Source: Azolla caroliniana (taxonomy: Eukaryota; Plantae; Polypodiophyta). Taken from it: DNA of 64,000 bases. The translations under genes and the position numbers were made by a program. Location: NCBI GenBank assembly GCA_043228905.1, contig JBHGNT010000002.1, positions 14,074,001-14,138,000 of the forward strand, given 5' to 3'. The notes under the pieces are model-generated. The model saw only the letters and a list, made by a program, of their open reading frames with translations. It had not been told where the DNA came from and made no database searches. Within the stretch, counting starts at the first letter, position 1; each line of letters begins with the position of its first letter. Positions 1 through 12,200 of the stretch are shown in pieces.

Positions 1-480
1 TTGAAATACACAACTCTGAAACACAGAAAACAATGTACATAGATTTAACATGGAAACCCTAAAACGGTAGAAAACCATAGAGAACGGAGCTTCACTATAC
101 AATGTATATACAATGATGAGATTAGAGTACAACACTCTCTACACAAAGTGTAAACAACCTCATAGGGCTCTTGGCATATGCTGTTACTCAACACAACCAT
201 GGCGCCACTCACTCTCTCTCTCTCTCTCTCCTCACGTTCATGCTCTTCACTATTTTCCTACATATCCAACTATTTTCCCTAAGTGTATTTATACTTATAC
301 CCTGTATGGGCTATTTACAAATGTAGCCACTACTACTATCATTCCTATTATTATCTAATATTAATAATAGTCTCACTAATTAGCCGACTCATCCGTCGAC
401 TGTTGGGTCGGTTCGACTAGTCGGCCTGGTCATCGATCATCCGATCGGCCTGACTAGTTGGTTATGTCTTCGACCTCAAT
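1..480 (-). repeat. Copia LTR fragment (same family as LTRs at 52599-52940 and about 60830-61170)
   Basis: 1-335 aligns by eye with 52640-52935, which abuts a Copia PBS; the reverse complement resembles 60830-61170. Confidence 0.75.
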
Positions 481-504
481 CAACTCTCTCTCTCTCTCCG
501 AAGA

Positions 505-1721
505 CCCAACCATGAATATTCCTTGGATACAACGATGATGAGTTCGGATATCGAGTATGGGATTTGGTCGACAAGAAGGTGTTCCAGAGTCGGGATATAG
601 TCTTCATGGAAGAGAGGACCATTGCCGACTGGGAGTCGGAGAAGAAGGTGAAGAACTCCGGATCATCAAATGAAAACCGGTTTGAGGACACAAGGACCTA
701 CCCGGTTGAAAACCGAAAGATGGCCGGTAACAGATTGACACTCAATGAACCAACAGAATTCGGACAAGAAATCGAACCAGCCGAAGAAGAAGAGAAAGAA
801 GACACCAGAACCAGACAAGATCATGAATCAGATTCAGATAAGGAACAAACGGAGGAACCGGTTGCCGAAGACCAAAGAAGGAGATACCCTCTCAGGGAGA
901 GAAGAGCCCCCTGGAGATTTCTAGATGCAGAGCACGTATTGTTGACCGATGAGGGGGAGCCGGAAAGCTTTGAAAAAGCAAAAAAAGACACCCACAGCCG
1001 CAAGTGGTTGAGTGCCATGCAAGACAAGATGGATTCCTTGCATGAGACCCACACATACGAATTGACGGAGATGCCGAAAGGAAAGAGGGCACTTCGGAAT
1101 AAGTGGGTGTACAAGCTGAAATCGGGAGACACCGAAAATCCACCAAGGTACAAGGCCTGGATCGTAGTGAAGGGTTTCCAGTAGAAGAAAGGTAGAGCAA
1201 CTAGATGGACCTCGAGGTAGAGCATGGACCTCGAGGTAGAGCAATTGGATGTCAAGAAGGCACTCCTACATGGTGACCTTCAAGAAGATATCTACATGCA
1301 TCAACTGGAAGGATTTGAGAAGAAAGGGAAGGAGCATTTGGTGTGCTGGTTGAAGAAGAGCTTGTACGGATTGAAGCAAGCTCCACGACAATGGTCCTGG
1401 AAGTTCGACTCCTTCATGACCCACCAAGAAAAATCCGGAAAGCAAAATCCGAAGACAAAGGCAGAGAAGTCAGATATCACGAATATACCATATGCCTCTG
1501 CCGTCGAAAGCCTAATGTATGCAATGGTGTCCACCCGGCCGGATATTGCATATGCTGTCGGAGTAGTCAACCGGTTTATGAGCAATCCCGAAAAAGAGCA
1601 CTGGAACACGGTCAAGTGGATACTCCGGTACTTGAAAGGCACCTCGAGTATGTGCCTCCAGTTTGGCTCAGGTAAACACCAACTTGACGGATTCATGGAT
1701 TCGGATATGTCGGTTAATGCG
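505..1721 (+). pseudogene. pol: Degenerate Copia pol, integrase C-terminus to RT (first half of an interrupted element)
   Basis: Motifs [48 protein letters not shown]; stop codon and internal deletions; continues at 7682. Confidence 0.9.
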
Positions 1722-2017
1722 TGTAAAGAATCAAGAGATGGATTCTTGTGAAGTGGAAGAGATATGAGTTATGTGTGTGTATGAGAGAGAGAGAGAGTGA
1801 GAGAGAGACAAGGAATAAGACATAGAGAATATGCAAGGTAAAAGTATATAAACAAAGGAGAAAGACTCAACTCAATACAAGGTGGGAGGAGGGTGCTTTA
1901 TATAGTCACCCTCTCTCTTCATTAACTACAAGACTCATGGAGCATGGGGAATGTGAAAGCTCATAAGTTATATGTCATAGAATATGATTCTATGACTCAT
2001 ACTAAATGCTAGAATAC

Positions 2018-2612
2018 TGTTGAGAATCAAGCTCAACTTGGTCTAGTGTGTGAACTCACCTTGAGAGTGAAGAGACACTCCAACGGTCAAGAGTCACCAT
2101 TATGTCACCACTTTGTATTCTAGCATTTAGTATGAGCCATAGAATCATATTCTATGACACATAACTTATGAGCTTTCACATTCCCCATGCTCCATGAGTC
2201 TTGTAGTTAATGAAGAGAGAGGGTGACTACATAAAGCACCCTCCTCCCACCTTGTATAACGTTGAGTCTTTCTCCTTTGTCAATATACTTTTACCTTGCG
2301 TATTCTCTGTGTTTCACTCTCTCGCTCTCCCACTTCTTTTTGAGAGACTTGGGTGGAATGAGATTAGGCTTAGTGCAAAGTTTTGTACACTACTAGAACT
2401 TTCTTAGCTTAAGCTATTTTCTTTTATTTTTAGTTTTGATGATTGGATAAACACCCATTTTTGTTGTAACCTATTTGTCTCATGGGCCAAATTTGGCCTT
2501 AGAAGACGTTAATATATCTTTCTTTCTTCTTTCTTTCTTTCTTTCTCTCTTACACACACACATACCTCACATCTCTTCCGCTTCACAAGAATCCATCTCT
2601 TGATTCTTTACA
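2018..2612 (+). repeat. 5' LTR of K (contains an extra ~215 bp)
   Basis: Direct repeat of 7199-7579 apart from an insert at about 2330-2545. Confidence 0.93.
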
Positions 2613-2624
2613 TGGTATCAGAGC
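2613..2624 (+). promoter_or_regulatory. Primer binding site, tRNA-iMet
   Basis: TGGTATCAGAGC directly after the LTR. Confidence 0.93.
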
Positions 2625-2774
2625 GATTTGGTAGCTCGATCTAGCCCATTCGCCTCGTTGTGATCATGTGTTGTGCTCTACGCCGACGACCAAGAACCGG
2701 CTCATAGCTATAATCGTAGCTTCGCTACATAACTTGCATTCGAAGAGAGAAGAAGAAGAAGAAGAATCGACATA

Positions 2775-5700
2775 ATGAATACTCCAATGGGGAGCGCTCT
2801 CTCTACCGAGAAGTTGGATCGAAACAACTTCGCATCTTGGGAGTACAAGATGCACAAATACCTTGTCGGACAAGGCTATTGGAGCTACATCAAAGGAGCG
2901 CATGAAGACCGACCCGCCGAAGCGGCTCCCGGATATGTGACATGGGAGCAAGCTGCAAGCCGCATGATGTATTGCTTGGCGACATGTGTTCACGAACACA
3001 TGCTCGGTTACATTCGAGAAGCCAAGACGCCGAAGGAAGCGTGGGAAAATCTACGAAAGATTTTCGCCGCCAACGCGACCGCAAGGAAGCTTCAACTCCG
3101 CCAAGAGTTGAACAACATTAAACAAAGGGACATGTCCATCACGACATACACCTTGAAGATCAAGGAGCTTTGCGACTCGCTCGGCTCAATAAGCGTAAGT
3201 ATAGATGATGATGAGATGGTGCAAATATGTCTCGGTGGCCTCGCACCACGGTTCGGCGCGATGCGAACTGCCATTCTAGCACGGGAGAAATCCCCCTCCT
3301 TCTTCGAGCTCCAATCAATGCTATTGGTCGAAGAAAACCACGTGCGTACAAGGAGCAATGAGTCGGAAGGCCACATGCTCTACACGAACTCTAATGGAGG
3401 AAGAGGACGCGGACGAGCGAGAGGCCGATTCAACCAAGGACAAGGCGGACGAGGTCCGACCTACGACAACAACTCCCAATTTCGGCTGCAAAACAGAGGC
3501 CAATGAGGAACCTTCGCAAGAAGGGGGAGCTTCCACTCCGGCCCGAGCCGTCAAAACGCAATTGAATGCGGATATTGCGGAAAGCTCGGCCACCACGAAG
3601 AAGAGTGCCGAAAGAAGATGTGTGAATCAGCTTCCACAAGCCGACAACTCACGAATTACGCACACAACTCCGACTACGAAGATCGTGGCGGAATGTATGC
3701 GCACAACTCCGACCGTGGCGGAATGTTCATGATGAAACATAGAGCAAACTCTATGTCGGCCGCTTCCTCAACTAGTGCCTCCGGTCCGGAAGATGTATGG
3801 TTCATTGATTCCGGTGCCTCGAACTTCGAGAGCCGGACCGACCCGACTATGTCGAAACCGGAGACGACACTACGCACCTGATTCGGCACATTGGCAATGT
3901 TCCGTTCGGAAAAGAAGGTAAGCAAAATTACATTAAAAATGTCTTGCATGTACCGACCATTACTAAGAATTTGGTCTCCATCGGCCAAATTGTAGAGCAA
4001 GGGATGCAAGTTCGATTTAATCAAGGCGGTTGCTTCATTGAAAAAGAGGGCCGACTCATCGCACGCGGACGAAGAGAGGGCCGGATGTTCATTCTCAATT
4101 CACATGAGATGAAATCCGCCATGTTCGTGAAAAACACGAAAGCCGACTCTGACATAGAGCTATGGCACAAGCGAATCAGCCACATCAATCTCAACAAACT
4201 CAAAGCAATGAAATCGAAAGGAGTCGTCATCGGACTCCCGACATTCAAAGAGAAAGAGATTCAAAGTGTATGCGAAGCGTGCCAATTCGGCAAGCAACAC
4301 CGACACCCATTCCCGAAAGAGCGGAATGTGAGCAAAGGTCTACTTGACGTAGTCCATTTCTACGTATGGGGACCGGCGCAGACGGCTACATTCGGCGGAT
4401 GCCGATATTACGTGCTCTTCATCGGCGACTTCTCTAGGGACACTTGGATCTACCCGATGCGGCAAAAGTGCGAAGTGTTCGGACACTTCCAAAATTTCAA
4501 GAATGAAGTCGTTAAAGCCATGGGCCGACATGTTCGATGCCTTCGATCAGATGGCGGCAAGGAGTACTTCTTGGACGATTTCACGATGTATCTCCGAAAG
4601 GAAGGAATTCGGCGAGAATTCACTTGCTGACACACTCCGCAACAAAACAGAGTAGCCGAGCACAAAAATCGGCACATCCTCGAAGTAGCGCAGGCCATGA
4701 TGAATGAGAAGCAAATGCCCAAGTCATATTGGGCCGAAGCTGCAAATACGACTGTCTACCTAATGAACCGGTGCACAACATTCGGCGTGCATGAGGTAAC
4801 TCCGCATGAAAAATTCTTCGGAAAGAAGCTGAACCTATCACATGTTCGGATATTCGGTTCCATTGCGTACGTGCACATCCCCAACGAGAAGCGTCAAAAG
4901 CTTGACCCCTCAACTCGAAAATCTCGAGTAAGTCGAGACGTCGTTTTTGACGAGTCCGCATCTTGGTACCGCATCCTGGTACGCACCAGAGACAACTTCG
5001 ACTCCGACTCTGCTTGACCCGGAATCCACCGAACAAGAGATAGAGGATGAAGATCGCCTTATGCGCATATTCGAAGAAATTCCGATCACGACCTGATTGA
5101 GTGGACCACATGTGCCTTTGAGCGATCAAAGCACATCACGACCTAGCCCGAAGATGGACAAAGGTAAGGCGAAAATGTCGGAATACGAAGACGATCGCTT
5201 CGACGACAATGAGTCGACTCACTCACTTGACAGTGAGTTCAGCGGCTTCGAGGTACCAATCGTTAAGAAAGCCCTCATCTCTGCAAATGAAAAACTCCGC
5301 CGATCCACCCGTGAAAAGAACCCCGTAAGCCGATTCGGCTACAACGATTATATGGCATACCATTACGCCTTTATGATGAAGGTAGCGACAATATGGGAGC
5401 CGGAAACCTTTTCAGAAGCCACGAAGGACCCGCGATGGATCGAAGCAATGAACGAGGAGATGCAGGCACTACGGAAGAACGAGACGTGGGATCTCGTTTC
5501 CACCTCACCGCACAAAATGGCGATCGGATGCAGATGGATCTACAAGGTGAAGTATAACGTCGATGGCTCTGTAAACTGCTACAAAGCTCGACTTGTAGCG
5601 AAAGGATACGCTTAGACACATGGCGTCGACTACGAAGAGACCTTTGCCCTGGTGGCAAAGATGACGACGGTGCAGACCGTAATTGCGCTTGCCGCGGCGA

Positions 5701-6964
5701 AAGGGTGGCACCTCCATCAAATGGACGTCAAGAACGCCTTTCTACAAGGCGAATTAGAAGAGGAGGTGTACGTGATACAACCACCCGGCTTCAAATCGAG
5801 CACCCATACGAAAGCGGTTTGCCGACTCAAGAAGCCACTCTACGGCCTCAAGCAAGCACCGCGTGCTTGGCATTCGAAGATAACGCAATATCTTCATCAA
5901 ATCGGCTTCCATATGTCAAAATCGGACAACTCCCTCTACATACGAAGCGATTCCGCAAGTCCGATCTTCATCATTTTATATGTGGATGACCTAGTCATTG
6001 GAGGTGAGCATCTCGTCGAAATCAATAAAGTCAAATTCCTCCTTTCCGACAAGTTCGAGATGACGGACATGAAGGAGCTCCACTACTTCCTCAGCATCGA
6101 GGTAATTCGGACTCCGGCTGGAATCATGATCTCTCAACGGCACTACATCCTCAACTTGTTATACAAGTTCGGGATGGCTGAGTGCAAATCCGCGGCAACC
6201 CCGCTCGATCGCAATCTCAAACTAGATGCGAACTCCGGCACCAAAGCGTGTGAGCCGACTCAGTATCGGCAACTCATCGGGAGTCTCATCTACCTCACGA
6301 TCACACGACCCGATCTCAGTTATACGGTCGGTCTCCTTAGCCAATTCACGCAAACACCGCGTGATACTCACTTGGATTGCGCTAAGTGAGTTCTACGCTA
6401 CATGAGCGGCACAATGGATTGCGGCATCCTCTACAAGACCGCGATGCCAATACGACTCAAGGGGTACACAGACGTCGATTGGGCCGGCTACAAAGTTGAT
6501 AGAAGATCAACCTTCGGATTTTTTTTCTCCCTCGGCAGTGGAGCAATATCCTGGAGTAGCAAGAAGCAGCCTACCGTCGCTCTTTCGAGTACGGAGGCGG
6601 AATACACGGGTGCAGTCGTAGCTGCGTGTGAAGCCGTATGGCTCAAGAGATTTTGAAGGATCTGGGCGTATCCATCAAGGATCCGACTTTCCTTTACTGC
6701 GACAACATGAGCAGTATCTATCTGCTTCGGAACCCGATGTTCCACGCGCGGACAAAGCACATCGAAGTGCACTATCACTTCATCCGAGAGCGCGTTCTGG
6801 CTGGCGATGTCGACCTACAACACATTAGCACCAATCTTCAAATGGCCGACATCTTCACTAAAGCCTTAGGAGCCGACAAGTTATGGCAATTCATGACCGA
6901 TCTCGAATTGACGATCCTTGACCTGCCAAGCTTGAGGGGGAGTACTGAAGACACTATGCAATAA
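2775..6964 (+). pseudogene. gag-pol: Copia K gag-pol polyprotein, disrupted
   Basis: Gag, CCHC knuckle, WFIDSGAS protease, WHKRISH/CEAC and RSDGGKEY integrase, LYVDDL RT, HARTKHIEV RNase H; several stops and frameshifts. Confidence 0.93.
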
Positions 6965-7198
6965 TGTGTAGATTCCACAACCGCGCACTACGCAATAAGC
7001 AGTGAAGAGCCGATCTACCGCGCAAAGCCTCGAAGAAAGACGCAAGCCGAAGCACAAACTTCGTAACTATGCACACCGCAAGCTGGAGCATGGATTCCGC
7101 AACTCTGCATAAAGCGAGTCGACGCGGACTTCGGAACGCGAGTTGAAGCGGATTTCGGATACCATCTGAAACCGATTCGACTTGAGCTTGAGGGGGCG

Positions 7199-7579
7199 TG
7201 TTGAGAATCAAGCTCAACTTGGTCTAGTGTGTGAACTCACCTTGAGAGTGAAGAGACACTCCAACGGTCAAGAGTCACCATTATGTCACCACTTTGTATT
7301 CTAGCATTTAGTATGAGTCATAGAATCATATTCTATGACACATAACTTATGAGCTTTCACATTCCCCATGCTCCATGAGTCTTGTAGTTAATGAAGAGAG
7401 AGGGTGACTACATAAAGCACCCTCCTCCCACCTTGTATAACGTTGAGTCTTTCTCCTTTGTCAATATACTTTTACCTTGCGTATTCTCTGTGTTTCACTC
7501 TCTCACTCTCTCTCTCTTACACACACACATAACTCACATCTCTTCCACTTCACAAGAATCCATCTCTTGATTCTTTACA
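7199..7579 (+). repeat. 3' LTR of K
   Basis: Follows the PPT; TG..CA; followed by the TSD. Confidence 0.95.
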
Positions 7580-7681
7580 AATACAAAGTGGTGACTTAAT
7601 GGTGACTCTTGACTGTTGGAGTGTCTATTCACTCTCAAGGTGAGTTCACACACTAAACCAAGTTGAGCTTGATTCTCAACA

Positions 7682-8124
7682 ATGCGCATACCAGCCGGTC
7701 TACATCTGGATATGTCATGACTTATGTAGGGGGAGCCGTATCATGGCAGTCGAGGTCGCAGAAGTCCGTTGCACTATCAACAATGGAAGCGGAGTATATG
7801 GAAGCTGTGGAAGCCAACAAGGAAGTAATAGGGATGAAGGACTTCATTAGAGATCTAGGGATCCGACAGGACGAATACTGGCTCTACTGCAATAGTCAAA
7901 GTGTCATCCATCTTGCGAAGAACGCGACCTACCATTTCCAGACCAAGCACATCCAAAGGAGATATCATTGTCTTCGAGAGAAGGTACAAGATCAAGACTT
8001 TGTGCTGACGAAGATCCACACGAAGGAGAACGGATCGGATGTGCTGACCAAGGTGCTTTCAACCGACAAGCTGGACGTGTGCCGAAGAAGGATCGGATTA
8101 GCGAGAAATCCCAAGCCGGAGTGA
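7682..8124 (+). pseudogene. pol: Copia RNase H, continuation of 505-1721
   Basis: SRSTSGYV, VALSTMEAEY, TKHIQRRYH; followed by PPT GAAGGGGGAG. Confidence 0.9.
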
Positions 8125-8134
8125 AGGGGGAGTT

Positions 8135-8330
8135 TGTTGGGAATTCGGTCCCTCCGGATGGGATCTAGATGAGAACCGGAGGAGCCGAATTGGACGAGCC
8201 GGATGAAAGAACTGGATGAGACCTGGAAACCGGATCGAGTGAATACGGATGGATCTAGTGCAAACCGGATCCATGGACATATGTGTAAATATGTTTCATG
8301 GTGAGCCCATCGAAGCTATATTTGTAAATC
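8135..8330 (+). repeat. Truncated 3' LTR of the interrupted Copia
   Basis: TGTTGGG right after the PPT; similar to the reverse complement of 53340-53535. Confidence 0.75.
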
Positions 8331-8438
8331 GAGGCTAGTTGTTCGTTTGTTTTTCTTCCATTTGTTGTTTAAGACTCGGTTTGTGCGCGAGCGCTATTTT
8401 CCGCACACTTTTAAATAGCTAAGTATCAATTTCACCGC

Positions 8439-9293
8439 TGTCGTGCCTTTCGGCTTCGGATCGTTGCGTGAGTCGGGTGGGAACCACAGAGGTCTTGGAC
8501 TAGGAGAGAGAAGTTCGTGAGATAGAGATTAATTATGAGTAAATAGCAAAGAGAAAGATAAGAAACTCGTGAATCACACGAGTATACTATATTAATTGGT
8601 ACTTAGGGTGTTAAGAGAGAAGTAGATGTATAAATCGTGAATCCCACGAATAATTTTTGTATTGATTAATCCCCTTAATCCAAATAATCAACAACCCTTT
8701 ACATATTTCTCTCCTCCTTATATAAGGAAGGAAGAGCTAAGCATGGCTTCATGCTTTTTTTTTTACAAAAAGTGTTCATGTCCACTAAATGTGCATGTGA
8801 TGCTTTTTTATTTCCTAAGTATAGGGCTCATGCACGCTAGATGTGCATGAGTTATTTTTAGTGTCTCGTGTTTTTTTTTTCTTCTTTTTCATATATTAAA
8901 AAAAATACACGATTTACCTTTTAATAAAGGTATGCATAAATAAAGGTCTTATACGTATTAAATCTATATTTATAACACTTAAGATAAGTTAATGTAATGG
9001 TAAGGTTGGGGTTTGTCAACGTGGAGGTGTAGAGTTCGAATCACGCCCTGCGCAGTAGTGAGTATTTCCTTTCTTTTACATTTATGCCTCTTTATCCGGC
9101 TCTTCCTTGCCGGTATGCCGTTTTCTTCCTTGCCGGTATGCCGTTTTCCTCCTTGCCGGTTTCCTCCTTGCCGGTATGCCGTTTTCCTCCTTGCCGGTAT
9201 GCCGTTTTCTTCCGGTTCTCACCGAGCACTCCATTCTCTATCCGGAGGGACAAAAATATAATTTCCACATAGTGTGCAACCTACACTACGACA
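8439..9293 (-). repeat. 3' LTR of autonomous Gypsy; includes CCTTGCCGGTATGCCGTTTT tandem repeats at about 9095-9215
   Basis: Direct repeat of 14958-16146. Confidence 0.95.
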
Positions 9294-12200
9294 CTCGCCC
9301 CCTCCAAACCCGCACATCCTCCGGTATGTGCCGAAGTTCTTGATTCTTCGTATCCGTCTTCATCCGAAGCTTCCTCCGATTCTCCCCTTATGTCGACTAT
9401 GAGTTGTAATCCACTTTCTTCGCTTCCCGCATCATTGTGGTCTTCGTCCGATTGCTCCTCGTTGTCGGCCTCGACTTGGATCACATAAGGTTTGTCGTCG
9501 GTCCGCTTCTTGAAAATCTTCACCCGCTTCCCGGCTATAGGCACTCGTAGTATTGTTCCATCCAACTCGGACAGTCGGTACGTCCCGTTGTCGAAGACCT
9601 TCCGAACCTCGTACGGCCCGAACCACCTTTTCGCGAATTTCCGCATCGTTGTATGTTGATGGTCCAAGCTACTATCATAGACGATCACCCAATCTCCTTC
9701 AATCCTCCTCGGTCGTAGTCGGTGCTTTGTGTCGAACCGGCTTTTGTTCCGGAACCGTGCTTCTTGTTGTCGGCGTGACGCTTCCGCTACATCTTTCGGT
9801 CTTCCCTCCAGTTGTCGTATCCGGACCGCTAGTAGTTCTTCCCGGCTCATCTCCTCCTTCCACGGTAGTATTGTCCATGTCGCGATTGCGGTTTCCGTTG
9901 GCATTACCGGTGTTTGTCCGGTCATGAGTTCTGCCGGCATGTAACCGGTCACGGAGCTATGCGTCGTCCGATCTGCCCATAGTGCATACGGAAGCATTTG
10001 TGGCCAATCCTTCACCCTTCCGTCGCATGCCTTCGCAAGTGCTTTCACGATCGGACTATGTCCTCGTTCGATCTTCCCGTTGGCCTCCGGATTGTAGGCC
10101 GTTGTCAACGTTAACCGAACTCCATGTTTGGCGAAGAATCCCCTAGCTTTGTCCGAGTCGAGTTCTCCCCGGTCCGCAATCACTTGTCCTACGCAGCCGT
10201 ACCTACAAAACACTTCTTCCAAAAGAAATTGGCACACCGCGGCACACGTTTTCCTCCGAAGCGCTCGACCTTCAACTTGGTTTGTGAGATCTTCTCGAGC
10301 TAACACCAAGTATTTCTTTTGTCCAATCCCGGTCGGCATAGCTACAATGTCGACCATCCACTTGAAGTTGATTGTCGGTGAGAATGTCGGATGCAGCTCA
10401 TCTCGGTGTCGGACCCCGGAGTAGACTTGACATTTCTCGCAGCTTTCTGTGAACTCCGCGACATCTTTATACATGTTCTTCCACCAATATCTTTGCTTGA
10501 TTTTCACAAAAGTTGCCCATGTTCCTCGATGTCCAGCCCAATCGGATTCGTGGAACTCGGACATTATCCGGTTTCGTTGCTCTTTCGTCCCGACTACTCG
10601 AAGTGGTATCCCATCCGGTCTTTTCGGCGTCCTCCATATTAAACCGTTTTCCAAGAAGAACTTTTGGACTTGCCTCTTCTTCCTTCGGATCTCGGCTCTC
10701 CTTTCTTTATCATTGGTTGAATCCTCGACCTCTTGTAGCATCTTCCCGATCATCAAGGTTTCCCCCTCGTATTCTTCTTCTCGGAATTCTCGGATCACGT
10801 TCACTCGGCATATGTGTTCTGACGTGAAGTAGTGTTCGGAAACTTCTTCATTATCTGATTCGGTTATGTCGTCTTCAAACCTCGCCCTCGATAACATGTC
10901 CGCTACCGCGTTGTCCTTCCCCGAGATGTGTCGAACCTCCGGATTAAGTGACTTGACATATGCAATCCACCTTAGCATAGCCACATCCGGTATCGTACAA
11001 CACCGCATCATCCCGAGTATCGGAAGACAATCCGTCTCGATCACCACTTCAGCTCCGATCAAATAATCCCGATCCGATTTTATCGCCGACACGACTCCCC
11101 ACAATTCTCTTTTGACTTGTGCATATCCGCGTTGCCTTTCGTTGAGGACCTTTGCTCCAAATCGGATTGGATACCGCGAACCATCCAAGTCGGCTTGATT
11201 GATGACCCACCCGATACCGGTTGGACTTGTATCAACCGTTACTATGATTGGCCGCTCGTAGCTTGGCTTCTTAAGTGATTCCGCCCTCCATAGTGTCTTC
11301 TTGAGCTTCCTCATGGCTTTAGTGTGTTCCGGTTTCCACTCGAATTTCTTACCTTTCCGCAACAAGTGATAGAGCGGGTCCGCTATATGTGCATAGTGCG
11401 GAATCCATATGTGATAGAATGCACACGCACCCAGAAACCTTCGGACTTCCGATGTTGACTCACATACTTCCTTCATAGCTTGAATCACATCGATCTTTGT
11501 TGGTGACGGTCTTCGGCCGTAGGGTCCACATAGATGTCCGACCACCAATATTTCTTCTTGCCCGAATGCCGATTTCTCCCCGGAAAGTGTTAGGTGCACA
11601 TCTTCTAGCTTTCGCAACACTTTCTCGCAATCATGAATATGGTCGACCACGAACTTTCGGCATCCCCGATCATCCATAGTCTCATCTTTTTCTTCCACCG
11701 CGCATCCTTTCATCGGAATGTCATCTAGAAACGGCATCGTTATCTCCGGGATGCAATCTCGAAGCACCTTGTTCATCGCGTTCATCATATGTGCAACCGA
11801 GTTTGTCGCTCCTTGTGGTAGTGTGCACATTCGAACTAGTCCTATCGGTGTCCGCATGGTAGTGATGTCTCGGCTCTCCACGGCTAGTTGGAATTGGTCA
11901 TACCCCGAGTATAGGTCCCCGATGGAGTATATCGCACGTCCGGCAAAAGCTTCCGCGAATTCGTCCACTATCGGACCGACTCCCGAGTTCCGGATCGTGA
12001 CCTTGTTCACCGGTTGCAAGTCTTGGATGAATCGGAGTGACCCATTCTTCTTTGGAACCGTAAACCATCGATTTGAGTACGGAGCACTTGATGCCTCTAG
12101 AATCCCCATCGCCACCTTCTCCTTGAGCAAGTCGATGACTTTTGGAATATGCGCCCGTGGCACCGGAATCGGCTTCAGGTTCCACGGTACATGATCAATC

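Larger units (their letters stand above)
2018..7579 (+). mobile_element. Full-length degenerate Ty1/Copia element K
   Basis: TG..CA LTRs 2018-2612 and 7199-7579, TSD AATAC (2013-2017, 7580-7584), PBS TGGTATCAGAGC, PPT GAGGGGGCG, domain order gag-PR-IN-RT-RH. Confidence 0.96.
1722..7681 (-). mobile_element. Solo LTR of Copia family K, split into 1722-2017 and 7580-7681 by a nested full-length K element
   Basis: Ends are the reverse complement of K LTR ends; 5-bp TSD ATGCG at 1717-1721 and 7682-7686. Confidence 0.92.

Noticed and set aside
8330-8438. Short unassigned sequence (continues 16151-16185) as a separate small element
   Set aside because: No TSD, termini or homology that I could support
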